Shown: one piece after another, positions 54,935 through 64,000 of the stretch
Layout: the number at the start of each line of letters is the position of its first letter
Numbering within the stretch: position 1 is the first letter of the stretch
DNA from: Erythrobacter sp.
GTDB taxonomy: Bacteria; Pseudomonadota; Alphaproteobacteria; Sphingomonadales; Sphingomonadaceae
Length of the DNA: 64,000 nt
Assembly: GCF_039988855.1 (NCBI RefSeq)
Contig: NZ_JBDXIY010000006.1
Location: forward strand, 53,072-117,071
Reading direction: 5' to 3'
The notes under the pieces: generated by a model
Database searches by the model: none
What the model saw: only the letters and a program-made list of their open reading frames with translations
Told to the model about the DNA's origin: nothing
Position numbers and translations under genes: made by a program

Positions 54935-56188
54935 ATGCCAGCCATCAAATGGCGAGGGGCCCTGATAGCAGGGCTAGCCCTCGCCGCAATTGTCACGCCT
55001 GTGGCAGCGCAGGAGCGGGAGCTTCTGACGCTCGACGAGGCGTTGGGCCGGACAGGCGTGGTTGCCGAACCCGCTAACACCGAGTTAAACCCGCGCATCG
55101 TCGGCCCTCGAGCGGAAGCCGAGGCGGCGCAGGCTCTTGTCGGACAGGCGCGGTTGCGGCCCAACCCTGAAATATCGCTCGAGGTCGAGAACATCGCCGG
55201 GAGTGGGGCCTTCTCCGGGCTAAGCGCCACCGAATATACGCTTGCTGTCGGACAGCGGCTCGAACTTGGAGGTAAACGCGGCACACGCGTCGAGGCTGCC
55301 CGGGCGCAGGCACAGCTGGCGGATCTGCGGGCTGACCTTGCGGGGGCCGAACTCGGATTTCTTGTCCGTGAACGCTACGTAGCAGCGGCTGCAGCAGCCT
55401 CGCGCGTCGAACTGGCCCTCGATGTGGTTGAGCGAAACGAAGAACTCGCCCGCATTGCCGGTCTCCTCGTAGAAGTCGGGCGCGAGCCCCCGCTCCGTGC
55501 TCTTCGGGCCGAAGCGGCCTTGGCGGAAGCGCAAGCCGAACTTCAGGCCGCCGAAGCGACAAGTCTTGCAGCCCGAACGGCCCTCGCCTCGCTATGGGGC
55601 GATCAGGGGGCGCCGCCGCTTGTTCCGAGCAGGTTCCCCGGGATCGAACCGCCCGGTGCTGTAATGGCGACAGCAAGCGGTCTGCAATTGCGAGTGGCGC
55701 GTGCGGAAAGCACCGCCGCTGCCGCCGAGATCGATCGTGAGCGCAGCCTGCGCATTCCCGATCCCGTCGTTTCCGCCGGTGTTCGACGCTTCGAGGAAAG
55801 CAATGACAGTGCCTTTCTTCTCGGTGTCTCGATCCCGCTTCCCTTCTTGAATCGTAATCAGGGCAATATCGCTGCAGCCGAAGCAAGGCTGCGCGCCGCC
55901 AATGCTCGCGAGGCTGTAGCGTTGGCCGATTTCGAGCAAGCCGTGACGCGCGCACGATCGCAATATCTTGCCGCCGAAGCGCGCGTCGAGACGCTTTCCA
56001 CGACATCACTCCCCCAGGCCGAGGAGGCTCTTCGGCTCGTCCGCATCGGTTATCGCAATGGCCGCTTTCCGCTGATCGAAGTGTTGAGCGCAGCCGAAGC
56101 GCGCGATGCCATTCGCGAGGCGTTGATTGCTGCGCAAGAAGACCGGGGACAAGCTGCCGCCGAACTGATCAGGCTGGCCGCACAATGA
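54935..56188 (+). CDS. czcC: Outer-membrane efflux protein (TolC/CzcC family)
   Basis: 417 aa with a signal peptide and two OEP repeats. It precedes the adaptor and RND pump genes. Confidence 0.85.
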   Translation: MPAIKWRGALIAGLALAAIVTPVAAQERELLTLDEALGRTGVVAEPANTELNPRIVGPRAEAEAAQALVGQARLRPNPEISLEVENIAGSGAFSGLSATEYTLAVGQRLELGGKRGTRVEAARAQAQLADLRADLAGAELGFLVRERYVAAAAAASRVELALDVVERNEELARIAGLLVEVGREPPLRALRAEAALAEAQAELQAAEATSLAARTALASLWGDQGAPPLVPSRFPGIEPPGAVMATASGLQLRVARAESTAAAAEIDRERSLRIPDPVVSAGVRRFEESNDSAFLLGVSIPLPFLNRNQGNIAAAEARLRAANAREAVALADFEQAVTRARSQYLAAEARVETLSTTSLPQAEEALRLVRIGYRNGRFPLIEVLSAAEARDAIREALIAAQEDRGQAAAELIRLAAQ

Positions 56189-57348
56189 GGAATACCAAAA
56201 TGAACCGCAAAAGACTGGCGATCATCGCCGGAATTGTCATACTTGTTTCGGCCTTGATGCTGATGTTCTGGCCTGACAGCCAGGTCGACACCCACGCGGA
56301 CGAAGAGGTCGCAGAGACAGAACTGCCCGAGGGGCTCGTGCTAATCGAGCAAGAGCAGATCCGCACCGCCGAGATCGAGGTCGCAGCGGTGCAAACGGGT
56401 GCCGCTGTCGAACTCGTATTTCCTGCAACGGTTGCGGCAAGTCCGACCGCCAGCGCACGCATCGATGCACGGGCTTCCGGTGTCGTGCGCAGCGTTGGCA
56501 AGACGCTTGGCGATTATGTCCGGCAGGGCGAGACCGTCGCTCGGATCGAAAGCGCCGATGCGGCTGCACTCGCTTCCCAGCTTAGTGCCGCCCGCGCCCG
56601 CGTAACCGAGCTTTCGGCGGCCTATGAACGGGAGCGCCGGCTATTCGAAGCCAATGTGACAGCGCGCCAGGATCTCGAAGCGGCGCGCGCCAATCTTGAC
56701 GTTGCCCGTTCCGAACTGAACCGGTCGCAGGCTGCTGTCGCGGCAGCAGGTGTGAGCGGCGATGGGCGCTCGCTCGCTGTCACAAGCCCGCTTTCGGGCC
56801 GTGTGACCGCCGCTCCAATCGTGCTCGGCTCGTTCGTCGACGCCGGGGAGGAGCTTTACAGCGTGGTCAATCCCAGCGGCTTGCAGATCGAGGTTGCGCT
56901 GCCTTCCGAAGATGCTTCACGCATCCAGCCTGGCGACGAGGCTGCGTTGATCCTCGGCGATGGAAGGGAGATCGGCGCTCGCGTCCGGTCGGTAACGCCT
57001 TCGCTCGATGCCGAGAGCCGTAGCGCGACAGCGGTTCTTACCTTGACGCGCGCCGTTCCCGGTCTGCAGCCCGGATCGTTCCTTCAGGCGCGTATTCGCC
57101 CCTCGGGCGAATTGGACCAGAGCCGTATCGCGGTACCCGAAGATGCTGTGCAGGTGCTCGAAGGACGCGATGTTGTCTTCGTGCGGACACGACGCGGATT
57201 TCAGGCTCGGGAGGTCGAGATCGGCAGCCGGTCTGCCGGAATGGTGACGATCCTCTCCGGGCTCGAGCCCGGTCAGCGGATCGCGACTGCCAATGCCTTC
57301 CTGTTGAAGTCCGAGCTCGAAAAGGAGGGCGCAGAACATGGCCATTGA
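56185..57348 (+). CDS. czcB: RND efflux periplasmic adaptor (CzcB family)
   Basis: N-terminal TM helix, a coiled-coil hairpin (..RRLFEANVTARQDLEAARANLDVARSEL..) and a beta-barrel domain. ATGA overlap with czcC. Confidence 0.85.
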   Translation: MRNTKMNRKRLAIIAGIVILVSALMLMFWPDSQVDTHADEEVAETELPEGLVLIEQEQIRTAEIEVAAVQTGAAVELVFPATVAASPTASARIDARASGVVRSVGKTLGDYVRQGETVARIESADAAALASQLSAARARVTELSAAYERERRLFEANVTARQDLEAARANLDVARSELNRSQAAVAAAGVSGDGRSLAVTSPLSGRVTAAPIVLGSFVDAGEELYSVVNPSGLQIEVALPSEDASRIQPGDEAALILGDGREIGARVRSVTPSLDAESRSATAVLTLTRAVPGLQPGSFLQARIRPSGELDQSRIAVPEDAVQVLEGRDVVFVRTRRGFQAREVEIGSRSAGMVTILSGLEPGQRIATANAFLLKSELEKEGAEHGH

Positions 57349-60300
57349 TCAAACCACGGCATCTTCTCCCATGTCTTCGGACGAAGGTAGCCACCGTCAC
57401 GGCCCGATCGGAGTCATCCTCGATGTCGCCGTTCGTTTCCGCTGGGCGATCATCGTCCTGACCGTGTTCGCAGCGATCTACGGAGCGTTCAATCTGGTGC
57501 GCCTGCCGATCGACGCGGTTCCCGACATCACCAACACGCAGGTCCAGATCAACACCAGCGCTGCCGCGCTCTCACCTTCGCAGGTCGAGACGCAGGTGAC
57601 CTTCCCCATCGAAACCGGACTTGCCGGGATCGAAGGCCTGGAGATGACACGATCGATTTCGCGCAACGGCTTCAGCCAGGTCACCGCGATTTTCGAGGAG
57701 GGCACCGACCTCTACTTCGCCCGGCAGCAGGTGAACGAACGGCTCGCGCCGATTGGCGCTTCATTGCCCGAAGGAGCGGAGCCTACCATGGGGCCGATCT
57801 CCACCGGCCTTGGCGAAGTGCTGATGTATACGATCGAGTATGAGCATCCCGGTGGCAAGGGTGCGACCACTGGTGGCCGCACAGGCTGGCAGTCCGATGG
57901 CAGCTTCATCACCGAACGCGGCGACCGCCTCGAGAGTGAGGTGGCTAAGGCGGCCTATCTGCGCACTGTGCAGGATTGGGTGGTCGCGCCGTTGATGCGC
58001 TCGATCGACGGCGTGGCCGGCGTGGATTCGATTGGCGGGTTCGAAAAGCAATTCCTTGTTCAGCCCGATCCGGCACGTCTCACCGGCTATGGCCTGTCAT
58101 TCGACTCACTCATCGATGCTCTAGAAGCCGCCAATCTGGCGGCAGGCGCCAATTTCGTCGATCGTGCCGACGAAGCCCTGCTTGTCCGCGTGGACGCGAG
58201 GCTGGGCAGCATTGCCGACATCGAAGAAGCCGTCATTGCGACCCGCGAGGGCGTGCCCATCCGCATCGGCGATGTGGCCGATGTGGAGATCGGCGGCGAC
58301 CTGCGAACCGGTGCTGCTTCACTGAACGGTGAAGAGGCGGTGGTGGGAACCGTGCTGATGCGCGCGGGCGAGAACAGCCGGACCGTTGCGGCTGGTGCTG
58401 CCGAGAGACTTGAAGAGGTCCGCGCATCGCTTCCGGACGGAGTTGTCGCTGAGATTGTCTACAATCGTTCCTCACTAGTCGATGCGACGATCTCCACCGT
58501 CGAAAAGAACCTGCTCGAAGGCGCATTGCTCGTGATCGCCGTCCTGTTCCTCTTGCTCGGCAATATCCGCGCCGCCATAATCACCGCACTGGTCATTCCC
58601 GTTTCGATGCTGATGGCAGCGGTGGGGATGAACCGGCTTGGTGTCTCAGGTAATCTGATGAGCCTGGGCGCGCTCGACTTCGGGCTGATCGTCGATGGTG
58701 CGGTCATCATTGTCGAGAACAGCGTCGCCCGGCTTGCGGCCCGGCAACATCGCGAAGGACGCTTGCTTACCTTGGGTGAGCGGCTGACCGAAACGCGTCT
58801 CGCAGCGCAGGAAATGATCAAACCGACCGTCTACGGTCAGGCGATTATCTTCCTCGTCTTCGCGCCGCTGCTGACCTTTACCGGGGTCGAGGGCAAGACG
58901 TTCTCGCCCATGGCGATCACGATGATGCTCGCGCTGGCTTCGGCCTTCGTTCTTTCATTGACCTTCGTGCCAGCGATGATTGCGGTCCTGCTCAACAAGA
59001 AGCTGACCGAAAAGGAGGTGAAGCCCATTCGCTGGGCCAAAGAGCGCTACGGTCCCGCCGTGCGCAAGGTCATTGCGCGGCCCTGGCCGATGATTGGTGC
59101 CGGGGTTGGTCTCTTCACAGTAGCGGTTTTTGTGTTCGGCTTTCTGGGCAGCGAGTTCACCCCGCAGCTCGATGAACGCGACATCGCGGTGCAATCCTTG
59201 CGCATCCCCTCGACATCGCTCGAACGCTCGCTGGCGATGCAGCGGCGGGTCGAAGACCGGCTCGAAGAGTTTCCCCAAGTTGATCTTGTGTTCTCACGGA
59301 CGGGCACGGCCGAAGTCGCCAGCGATCCAATGCCCCCCAATGCTTCGGACGCTTATGTCATCCTGAAGCCTCGCGACGAATGGCCCGATCCCGATTTGCC
59401 GAAAGATGAGCTTGTTGGTGAAATGGAAAGCGCGCTCGGAGGCCTCATCGGCAATCTCTACGAGTTCAGCCAGCCTATCGAGCTGCGCTTCAACGAGCTG
59501 ATCGCCGGTGTGCGCGGCGATGTCGCGGTCAAGCTCTACGGCGATGACCTCACTGCGCTCACCGAAGCTGCGGGCGAGGTCGCGGGCGTGCTTGGAGGCG
59601 TCGAAGGCGCCGCGGACGTGAAGGTGCAGCAGGTGACCGGCTTTCCTACGCTGGACATCGCCTTCGATCGCCCGACCATCGCGCGCTATGGTCTGACCGT
59701 CGAGGAAGTGGCACAGTCGGTTGCTATCGCGCTCGGCGGGCGGCCAGCAGGACTGGTGTTCGAGGGCGATCGCCGTTTCGATGTTGTCGTGCGCCTCGAG
59801 GATGCTACGCGCGACGATTTCGACCAGCTCGGCGCGCTCCCGATCGTGCTTGAAAACGGGGTCACCGTTCCTTTGCGGACATTGGCCGATTTTCAGGTCG
59901 TCGATGGCCTTGCCGAGGTTCGGCGAGAGCAGGGCCGAAGGCTTGTGATCGTCTCGGCCAACGTACGCGAGCGCGATCTCGGCTCCTTTGTTGAGGAAGC
60001 GCAGGAAAGGGTTTCGACCGGCGTCGATATGCCGCCGGCCTCCTTCATCGAATGGGGCGGACAGTATCAGAACCTGCAGGAAGCGCAGGCGCGGCTCACC
60101 ATCGTCGTCCCGATTGCCTTCGCTCTGGTTCTCCTCTTGCTGTTCATGGCTTTGGGTGGATGGGTTCCAGCGCTTGCCGTGTTCAGTGCCATTCCCATGG
60201 CCTTGGCTGGCGGGGTGTTCGCTCTGGCGCTGCGAGGCTTGCCATTCTCGGTGTCGGCAGCGGTCGGCTTTATCGCGCTTTCCGGCGTGGCGGTGCTCAA

Positions 60301-60667
60301 CGGTCTCGTCATGATGACCGCGATCCGGCAGCGACTCGACAGCGGGATGTCACTGGATGAGGCGATTGCCGATGGCGCGCTGGCGCGACTGCGACCGGTG
60401 CTCATGACCGCGTTGGTGGCGTCGCTGGGTTTTGTGCCGATGGCGATTGCCACAGGAACAGGTGCTGAGGTGCAACGTCCCTTGGCTACGGTGGTTATCG
60501 GCGGGCTGATCACAGCCACTGCGCTCACGCTGTTCGTTTTGCCAGCGATCGCTCGCCTGGTACTCGATGATGGCAAGGAGAAGCGAAGCTGGCGCCAAAG
60601 ATGGTGGGACCGCCTGCGTCGCAACGTCACGCCTGAGGAACGTAAAGAACTTCGGGATGTTACTTGA
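57338..60667 (+). CDS. czcA: Heavy-metal efflux RND pump (CzcA family, divalent-cation type)
   Basis: 1109 aa. The TM4 signature LDFGLIVDGAVIIVEN (DFG-DGA-VEN) is the divalent HME-RND pattern as I recall it, as opposed to the CusA-type pattern. Confidence 0.9.
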   Translation: MAIDQTTASSPMSSDEGSHRHGPIGVILDVAVRFRWAIIVLTVFAAIYGAFNLVRLPIDAVPDITNTQVQINTSAAALSPSQVETQVTFPIETGLAGIEGLEMTRSISRNGFSQVTAIFEEGTDLYFARQQVNERLAPIGASLPEGAEPTMGPISTGLGEVLMYTIEYEHPGGKGATTGGRTGWQSDGSFITERGDRLESEVAKAAYLRTVQDWVVAPLMRSIDGVAGVDSIGGFEKQFLVQPDPARLTGYGLSFDSLIDALEAANLAAGANFVDRADEALLVRVDARLGSIADIEEAVIATREGVPIRIGDVADVEIGGDLRTGAASLNGEEAVVGTVLMRAGENSRTVAAGAAERLEEVRASLPDGVVAEIVYNRSSLVDATISTVEKNLLEGALLVIAVLFLLLGNIRAAIITALVIPVSMLMAAVGMNRLGVSGNLMSLGALDFGLIVDGAVIIVENSVARLAARQHREGRLLTLGERLTETRLAAQEMIKPTVYGQAIIFLVFAPLLTFTGVEGKTFSPMAITMMLALASAFVLSLTFVPAMIAVLLNKKLTEKEVKPIRWAKERYGPAVRKVIARPWPMIGAGVGLFTVAVFVFGFLGSEFTPQLDERDIAVQSLRIPSTSLERSLAMQRRVEDRLEEFPQVDLVFSRTGTAEVASDPMPPNASDAYVILKPRDEWPDPDLPKDELVGEMESALGGLIGNLYEFSQPIELRFNELIAGVRGDVAVKLYGDDLTALTEAAGEVAGVLGGVEGAADVKVQQVTGFPTLDIAFDRPTIARYGLTVEEVAQSVAIALGGRPAGLVFEGDRRFDVVVRLEDATRDDFDQLGALPIVLENGVTVPLRTLADFQVVDGLAEVRREQGRRLVIVSANVRERDLGSFVEEAQERVSTGVDMPPASFIEWGGQYQNLQEAQARLTIVVPIAFALVLLLLFMALGGWVPALAVFSAIPMALAGGVFALALRGLPFSVSAAVGFIALSGVAVLNGLVMMTAIRQRLDSGMSLDEAIADGALARLRPVLMTALVASLGFVPMAIATGTGAEVQRPLATVVIGGLITATALTLFVLPAIARLVLDDGKEKRSWRQRWWDRLRRNVTPEERKELRDVT

Positions 60668-60712
60668 AGGGGAGGGCTAATTGAAGTTAGCTAGGTCAAT
60701 TTGTCTGCCTCA

Positions 60713-60746
60713 GATCGCTTCGGGACTGACAAGTCTCGAAGCGATC
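60713..60746 (+). terminator. Strong hairpin 46 nt downstream of czcA
   Basis: A 15-bp stem, GATCGCTTCGGGACT / AGTCTCGAAGCGATC, with one G-U pair and a GACA loop. No T-tract follows. Confidence 0.5.
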
Positions 60747-61107
60747 CGGTATCGGACTCAATTGCGGGCGCGCGGAGCCTCGGCAGAACGCCCGGCTGCG
60801 ATACGGGCACGGCGTGGGTGTTTTTCGCCGATGGCTTCTATGCAGAGGTGCAACCTTCGGACGGTGATCTGTCCGCTGTCGGCATCTGGCGCGATGAGGG
60901 TGAGGCCATCGCATATACCATGACCATAAGCCCTTCGAACGGCATGCGCGGCCAATGCAAGTGCGCCATCTTACGATCGAAGATTGTAGCCCGGGACGGC
61001 CCTTCACCTGCAACTATCGAGGTTTCGAGCGCATCTTTTACCGCTGTCCAGAGGACGCGCCAAAGCCGCTCGACGGTCGCGCGGAACATTCAAGAGGAGA
61101 AATCGCC

Positions 61108-61479
61108 ATGCTCACCGCAATCGAAGATAACGGTCTGTTGCTCATCAGGGCGGACGGAACGCTTTCCGATAGCGACTATGACCGCTTCGTTCCGTTTTTC
61201 GAGCGCGTCGCGGCGCGAGTTCCTGGGACGGTTCCGATGCTTATCGAACTTGCTCCCGACTTTTCTGGCTGGGATATGGGCGGTCTCTGGCGCGACCTGA
61301 AATTCGATGCGAAGCACAAGGACAGCTTCGGCCGGATCGCGATGGTCGGCGATAGTAGTTGGGAAGAGTGGGGCACCAAGCTTTTCGATCCGCTATTCCG
61401 CGCGGAGATGAGGTTTTTCACACCTGTCGAGCGGGTTGCCGCCGAAAGCTGGGCGAGAGACGGAAGGAATGCGTCATGA
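61108..61479 (+). CDS. STAS/SpoIIAA-like (DUF3478-like) protein
   Basis: From ATG 61108 (AGAGGAGA RBS): MLTAIEDNGLLLIRADGTLSDSDYDRFVP...FGRIAMVGDSSWEEWGTKL. The family assignment is from memory. Confidence 0.55.
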   Translation: MLTAIEDNGLLLIRADGTLSDSDYDRFVPFFERVAARVPGTVPMLIELAPDFSGWDMGGLWRDLKFDAKHKDSFGRIAMVGDSSWEEWGTKLFDPLFRAEMRFFTPVERVAAESWARDGRNAS

Positions 61480-62105
61480 GCGGCGAAGGCGAACTCAACC
61501 TCGATTCGGCCGAAAAGCGCCGCACTCTCTGGATCGTTTTCTGGCTCAATGTGGCGATTGCGATAGGGTTTTTCATCACCGGGGTAATCGGCGATTCCAA
61601 CGCGCTGATTGCCAATGGGCTCGACAATTCGTCGGACGCGATTGTCTATGCATTGAGCCTGCTTGCGCTCACCCGCTCCCGGGTCTGGAAGCGCGGAGCC
61701 GCGCGTTTTTCCGGGGTCATGCTGCTTGTGTTCGCAGGCGGTGTGATTCTCGATGCCATCCGGCGCTTCATGGAGGGTTCGGATCCGATCGGCGGCGTCA
61801 TGATGGTGATGGCGCTGGTTGCCGGTGCGGTGAACCTCTGGTGCCTTTACCTGCTGAAACGGCTGCAGAACAAGGATGTGAATTTGCGTGCGGCCACCAC
61901 GTTCAGTTTGAATGATTTCGTTTCGAACGGCGGGATTATCATAGCGGGTATCGTAGTGTTTTTCACCGGATCGAACTGGCCCGATCTCGTCGTCGGGATC
62001 GGTGTGGCCTGCATAGCGATCTACGGCGGCATCGAGATCCTGCGCGACGCGCATATTGACGTTCACGAGGAAGAGGGCACAGAGCACAAGGGCTGGCGCA
62101 AGTGA
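61476..62105 (+). CDS. Cation diffusion facilitator transporter, short form
   Basis: GDSNALIANGLDNSSDAIVY (TM2 site) and NDFVSNGGIIIAG (TM5 site). About 209 aa and six TM helices. ATGA overlap with the STAS gene. Confidence 0.75.
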   Translation: MSGEGELNLDSAEKRRTLWIVFWLNVAIAIGFFITGVIGDSNALIANGLDNSSDAIVYALSLLALTRSRVWKRGAARFSGVMLLVFAGGVILDAIRRFMEGSDPIGGVMMVMALVAGAVNLWCLYLLKRLQNKDVNLRAATTFSLNDFVSNGGIIIAGIVVFFTGSNWPDLVVGIGVACIAIYGGIEILRDAHIDVHEEEGTEHKGWRK

Positions 62106-63124
62106 TCGCGGTCTGGGCAGCGGTTCTCCTCGCCGCCGTCTGGGCCGCTCATTGGGGCGCGGAACGCCTGTCCGCCCCGCTCAAGAAACTGCGCAAGCAA
62201 TGGGGCTTCTCCGTCGCGGCCGGGGGCTCCTTTTTAGGTCTAGCCGCCGCTTCGCCGGAGATGGGCATCAATGTGACGAGCGCTGCTCGCGATGTGTCCG
62301 ATATCGGCCTTGGCGCCATGCTGGGTTCGACCGTTCTGGTGATTCCGGTGATCGTGACGACCGCTTATCTGGCGACCCGTAAAGCGGCCCTTGAAGGTGC
62401 TGACAAGGAGCACGGGAAGCATCGGCGCGATCATTACGTCGCGGTCGACAAGGGGGCTCTTACCGTCCAGGCGCTGCCTTACCTGGCGATCCTCGGGGTC
62501 TTCGCTCTACTGACGCTTCCCGCCCCCTGGCGCGGGTTGCAGCCGATCGATGGATGGCTGCTGCTGATCGCGTATCTCGCCTATCTCGTACAGGCTCTCG
62601 TTCGGGGCCGAGAGAAGGGAGAAGAGGTCGAGTGGAGCCGAAAGGAGAAATGGATGGCCATAGCGGGCGTCGGCGCCTTGGCGGTCGGGGCCTACTTCAC
62701 CGTATTCTCGACCGAGAGGATCGTGAGCGCACTCGGCATCCCGAATATCGTCGGCGGTCTTTTCATCACTGCCGCCGTCGCATCGCTGCCCGAGGTGTTC
62801 ACGACTTGGAGCGTCGCGCGCTCCGGTCAGGTGACCTCCGCTAGCACAAGCGTGATCGGCGACCATGTTGTGACCATGACGCTCGCCTTCATCCCGCTCA
62901 CGATCATCGGAACCCCGATCGAGAATTTTCAACTTTTCTGGGTCAGTCTCCTGTTCGTCGTGCTGATGGCCGCGCTATACGCTCTCTTTCTTTCGTTGGG
63001 AGACGAAGAGAAAAGAGGCTTCGGTCGATGGCACATCTTCGCGTTCTGGGCAGCCAATGCGGCTTTTATTGCCGTAATATTCCTGTGGGTGCAGCCTTTG
63101 CAAGTCTCCGGAGGAGCCGGATGA
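62102..63124 (+). CDS. CaCA-family (sodium/calcium exchanger-like) cation antiporter
   Basis: Two alpha-repeat-like regions (GLAAASPEMGINV.. and ..ITAAVASLPEVFTTW) and about 10 TM helices. The GTG start overlaps the CDF stop (GTGA). Confidence 0.7.
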   Translation: MIAVWAAVLLAAVWAAHWGAERLSAPLKKLRKQWGFSVAAGGSFLGLAAASPEMGINVTSAARDVSDIGLGAMLGSTVLVIPVIVTTAYLATRKAALEGADKEHGKHRRDHYVAVDKGALTVQALPYLAILGVFALLTLPAPWRGLQPIDGWLLLIAYLAYLVQALVRGREKGEEVEWSRKEKWMAIAGVGALAVGAYFTVFSTERIVSALGIPNIVGGLFITAAVASLPEVFTTWSVARSGQVTSASTSVIGDHVVTMTLAFIPLTIIGTPIENFQLFWVSLLFVVLMAALYALFLSLGDEEKRGFGRWHIFAFWAANAAFIAVIFLWVQPLQVSGGAG

Positions 63125-63303
63125 GCAATGGCAACCAAGATCAGGGTGAGCGGAGCGGCCATAGCCACCGCGAAGAGGGTCATGACGATCAGCCCTTGCT
63201 TATGAAGACATCTCCTCGAAAAGACTGTGATGGAGATTTGCCTGTCGCGCGGAAGAAAGTCGCAGACGAACTTCCGGCGGTACGGGGTGTGAAAAGCAAA
63301 TGA
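63121..63303 (+). CDS. Small hydrophilic His/acid-rich protein
   Basis: MSNGNQDQGERSGHSHREEGHDDQ.. It is 60 aa, with ATGA overlaps at both ends, which support translation. Confidence 0.4.
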   Translation: MSNGNQDQGERSGHSHREEGHDDQPLLMKTSPRKDCDGDLPVARKKVADELPAVRGVKSK

Positions 63304-64000
63304 GCCTTTTCGACACTATCTTTGAGACACAAGGCCGATCGCATGTTTTGCTTCTTGCGATATTCGCAAGCACCGGCTTGGTCGTAGGGACGTTGTGGGT
63401 CGAACGGGTGGGGGCGGGATTGCGCCGGTCCGATCTGTTGTATCCCGGTGCTGCGGGCTTTCTGTTTGCGACCGTCGCGCTGGCGATCACGCCGTTCGTA
63501 CAATCGACAGTCGACAGCTGGGCCATCCCTGTGCTCTTTTTGCTCGGCGGAGGAGCCTATGTTCTTCTGTGCAGGGCAGCCGGCTATTTCAGAGGCCGTT
63601 TCGCGGACGGCAAAAGAAAGCAGCATGATCGCGACGAGGATTTGTCCAATGTTGCTGTATCCTCGATCTTTTCAATCGTCGATTTGATCGGCTATGGTTT
63701 GACGCTCGGTATTGCAGCAGCCGCTTCCGTGACTTTGGCAATAGTCACAGCGGCAGGGTTAGCCACGGCGAATATCTTGGTCAGTCGCCAGATTGGCTCT
63801 AGGTTCATAGCCGCTAGCTCAAGCCGAATGGACCGCATCGCGCTACAGGTCGGTCTCGCTCTGGCCTTCATCGGTTCTGCGCTGTTGGCATTCTGGATGG
63901 TACACAGTGTCGATAGTTTCGGCCTGCCTTGGCTTCTCACCGTCCTTGCAGGGTTGCTCTTGGCTGCAGCGGTAAGAGCTTTGCTTCTTCATCAAGCGGC
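63300..64000 (+). CDS. Polytopic membrane protein (possible metal-ion transporter). The ORF continues past the right edge.
   Basis: Edge-open ORF absent from the track. My translation: MSLFDTIFETQGRSHVLLLAIFASTGLVVG...DEDLSNVAVSSIFSIVDLIGYGLTLGIAAAAS... No stop codon occurs before position 64000. Confidence 0.5.
   Translation, partial: MSLFDTIFETQGRSHVLLLAIFASTGLVVGTLWVERVGAGLRRSDLLYPGAAGFLFATVALAITPFVQSTVDSWAIPVLFLLGGGAYVLLCRAAGYFRGRFADGKRKQHDRDEDLSNVAVSSIFSIVDLIGYGLTLGIAAAASVTLAIVTAAGLATANILVSRQIGSRFIAASSSRMDRIALQVGLALAFIGSALLAFWMVHSVDSFGLPWLLTVLAGLLLAAAVRALLLHQA

Noticed and set aside
60701-61300. 199-aa ORF spanning the czcA-STAS gap.
   Set aside because: Its 3' half overlaps the well-supported STAS-like gene in another frame. 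It has no RBS and no family motifs. Only a decayed-gene remnant is plausible.

Overview
High-GC (about 60-65%) bacterial chromosome segment. Gene content suggests an alphaproteobacterium, possibly Sphingomonadales-like, but that is inference only. I found no rRNA, tRNA, CRISPR array or transposase. The window has four parts. (1) 1-17.98 kb is mostly core: an NdvB-like glucan synthase fragment, Usp proteins, a YHS/FAD-oxidoreductase/ICMT/DUF2933 cluster, cfa-like, BI-1, pgm, edd, a UbiB-like kinase, class I fba, pgk and an orphan Rieske subunit. (2) 18157-27157 is a 9-kb integrative island bounded by a 15-bp direct repeat. It carries two translationally coupled tyrosine integrases, an RHH protein, a C5 DNA methyltransferase, a Gabija-type pair (OLD-family ATPase/Toprim plus UvrD-like helicase) and a NotI-family restriction endonuclease. 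The Gabija pair therefore sits between the M and R genes of a type II R-M system. (3) 27.3-29.9 kb holds an EamA transporter and hipBA with tandem operator dyads. (4) 30-64 kb is a large heavy-metal resistance region for which I can read three regulatory circuits from the DNA. The first is a CnrYXH-like anti-sigma/periplasmic sensor/ECF sigma module with three copies of TTTGAGGG-N16-CGTA, driving itself, copAB and a divergent DUF2231 operon. The second is a CsoR-type repressor with an ACTATA-C6-TATAGT operator. The third is a MerR-family regulator flanked by two paralogous 19-bp-spacer promoters, one driving a CDF / cytochrome c-FTR1 / multicopper oxidase operon and one driving czcCBA. The region also contains a P1B ATPase, a second CDF, a CaCA antiporter, DUF305/DUF411/DUF5676 accessory genes, a membrane-anchored AlbA_2-like protein and a scar where truncated lspA and NAD-binding genes abut. 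All family assignments come from motif recognition by eye. No database search was run.
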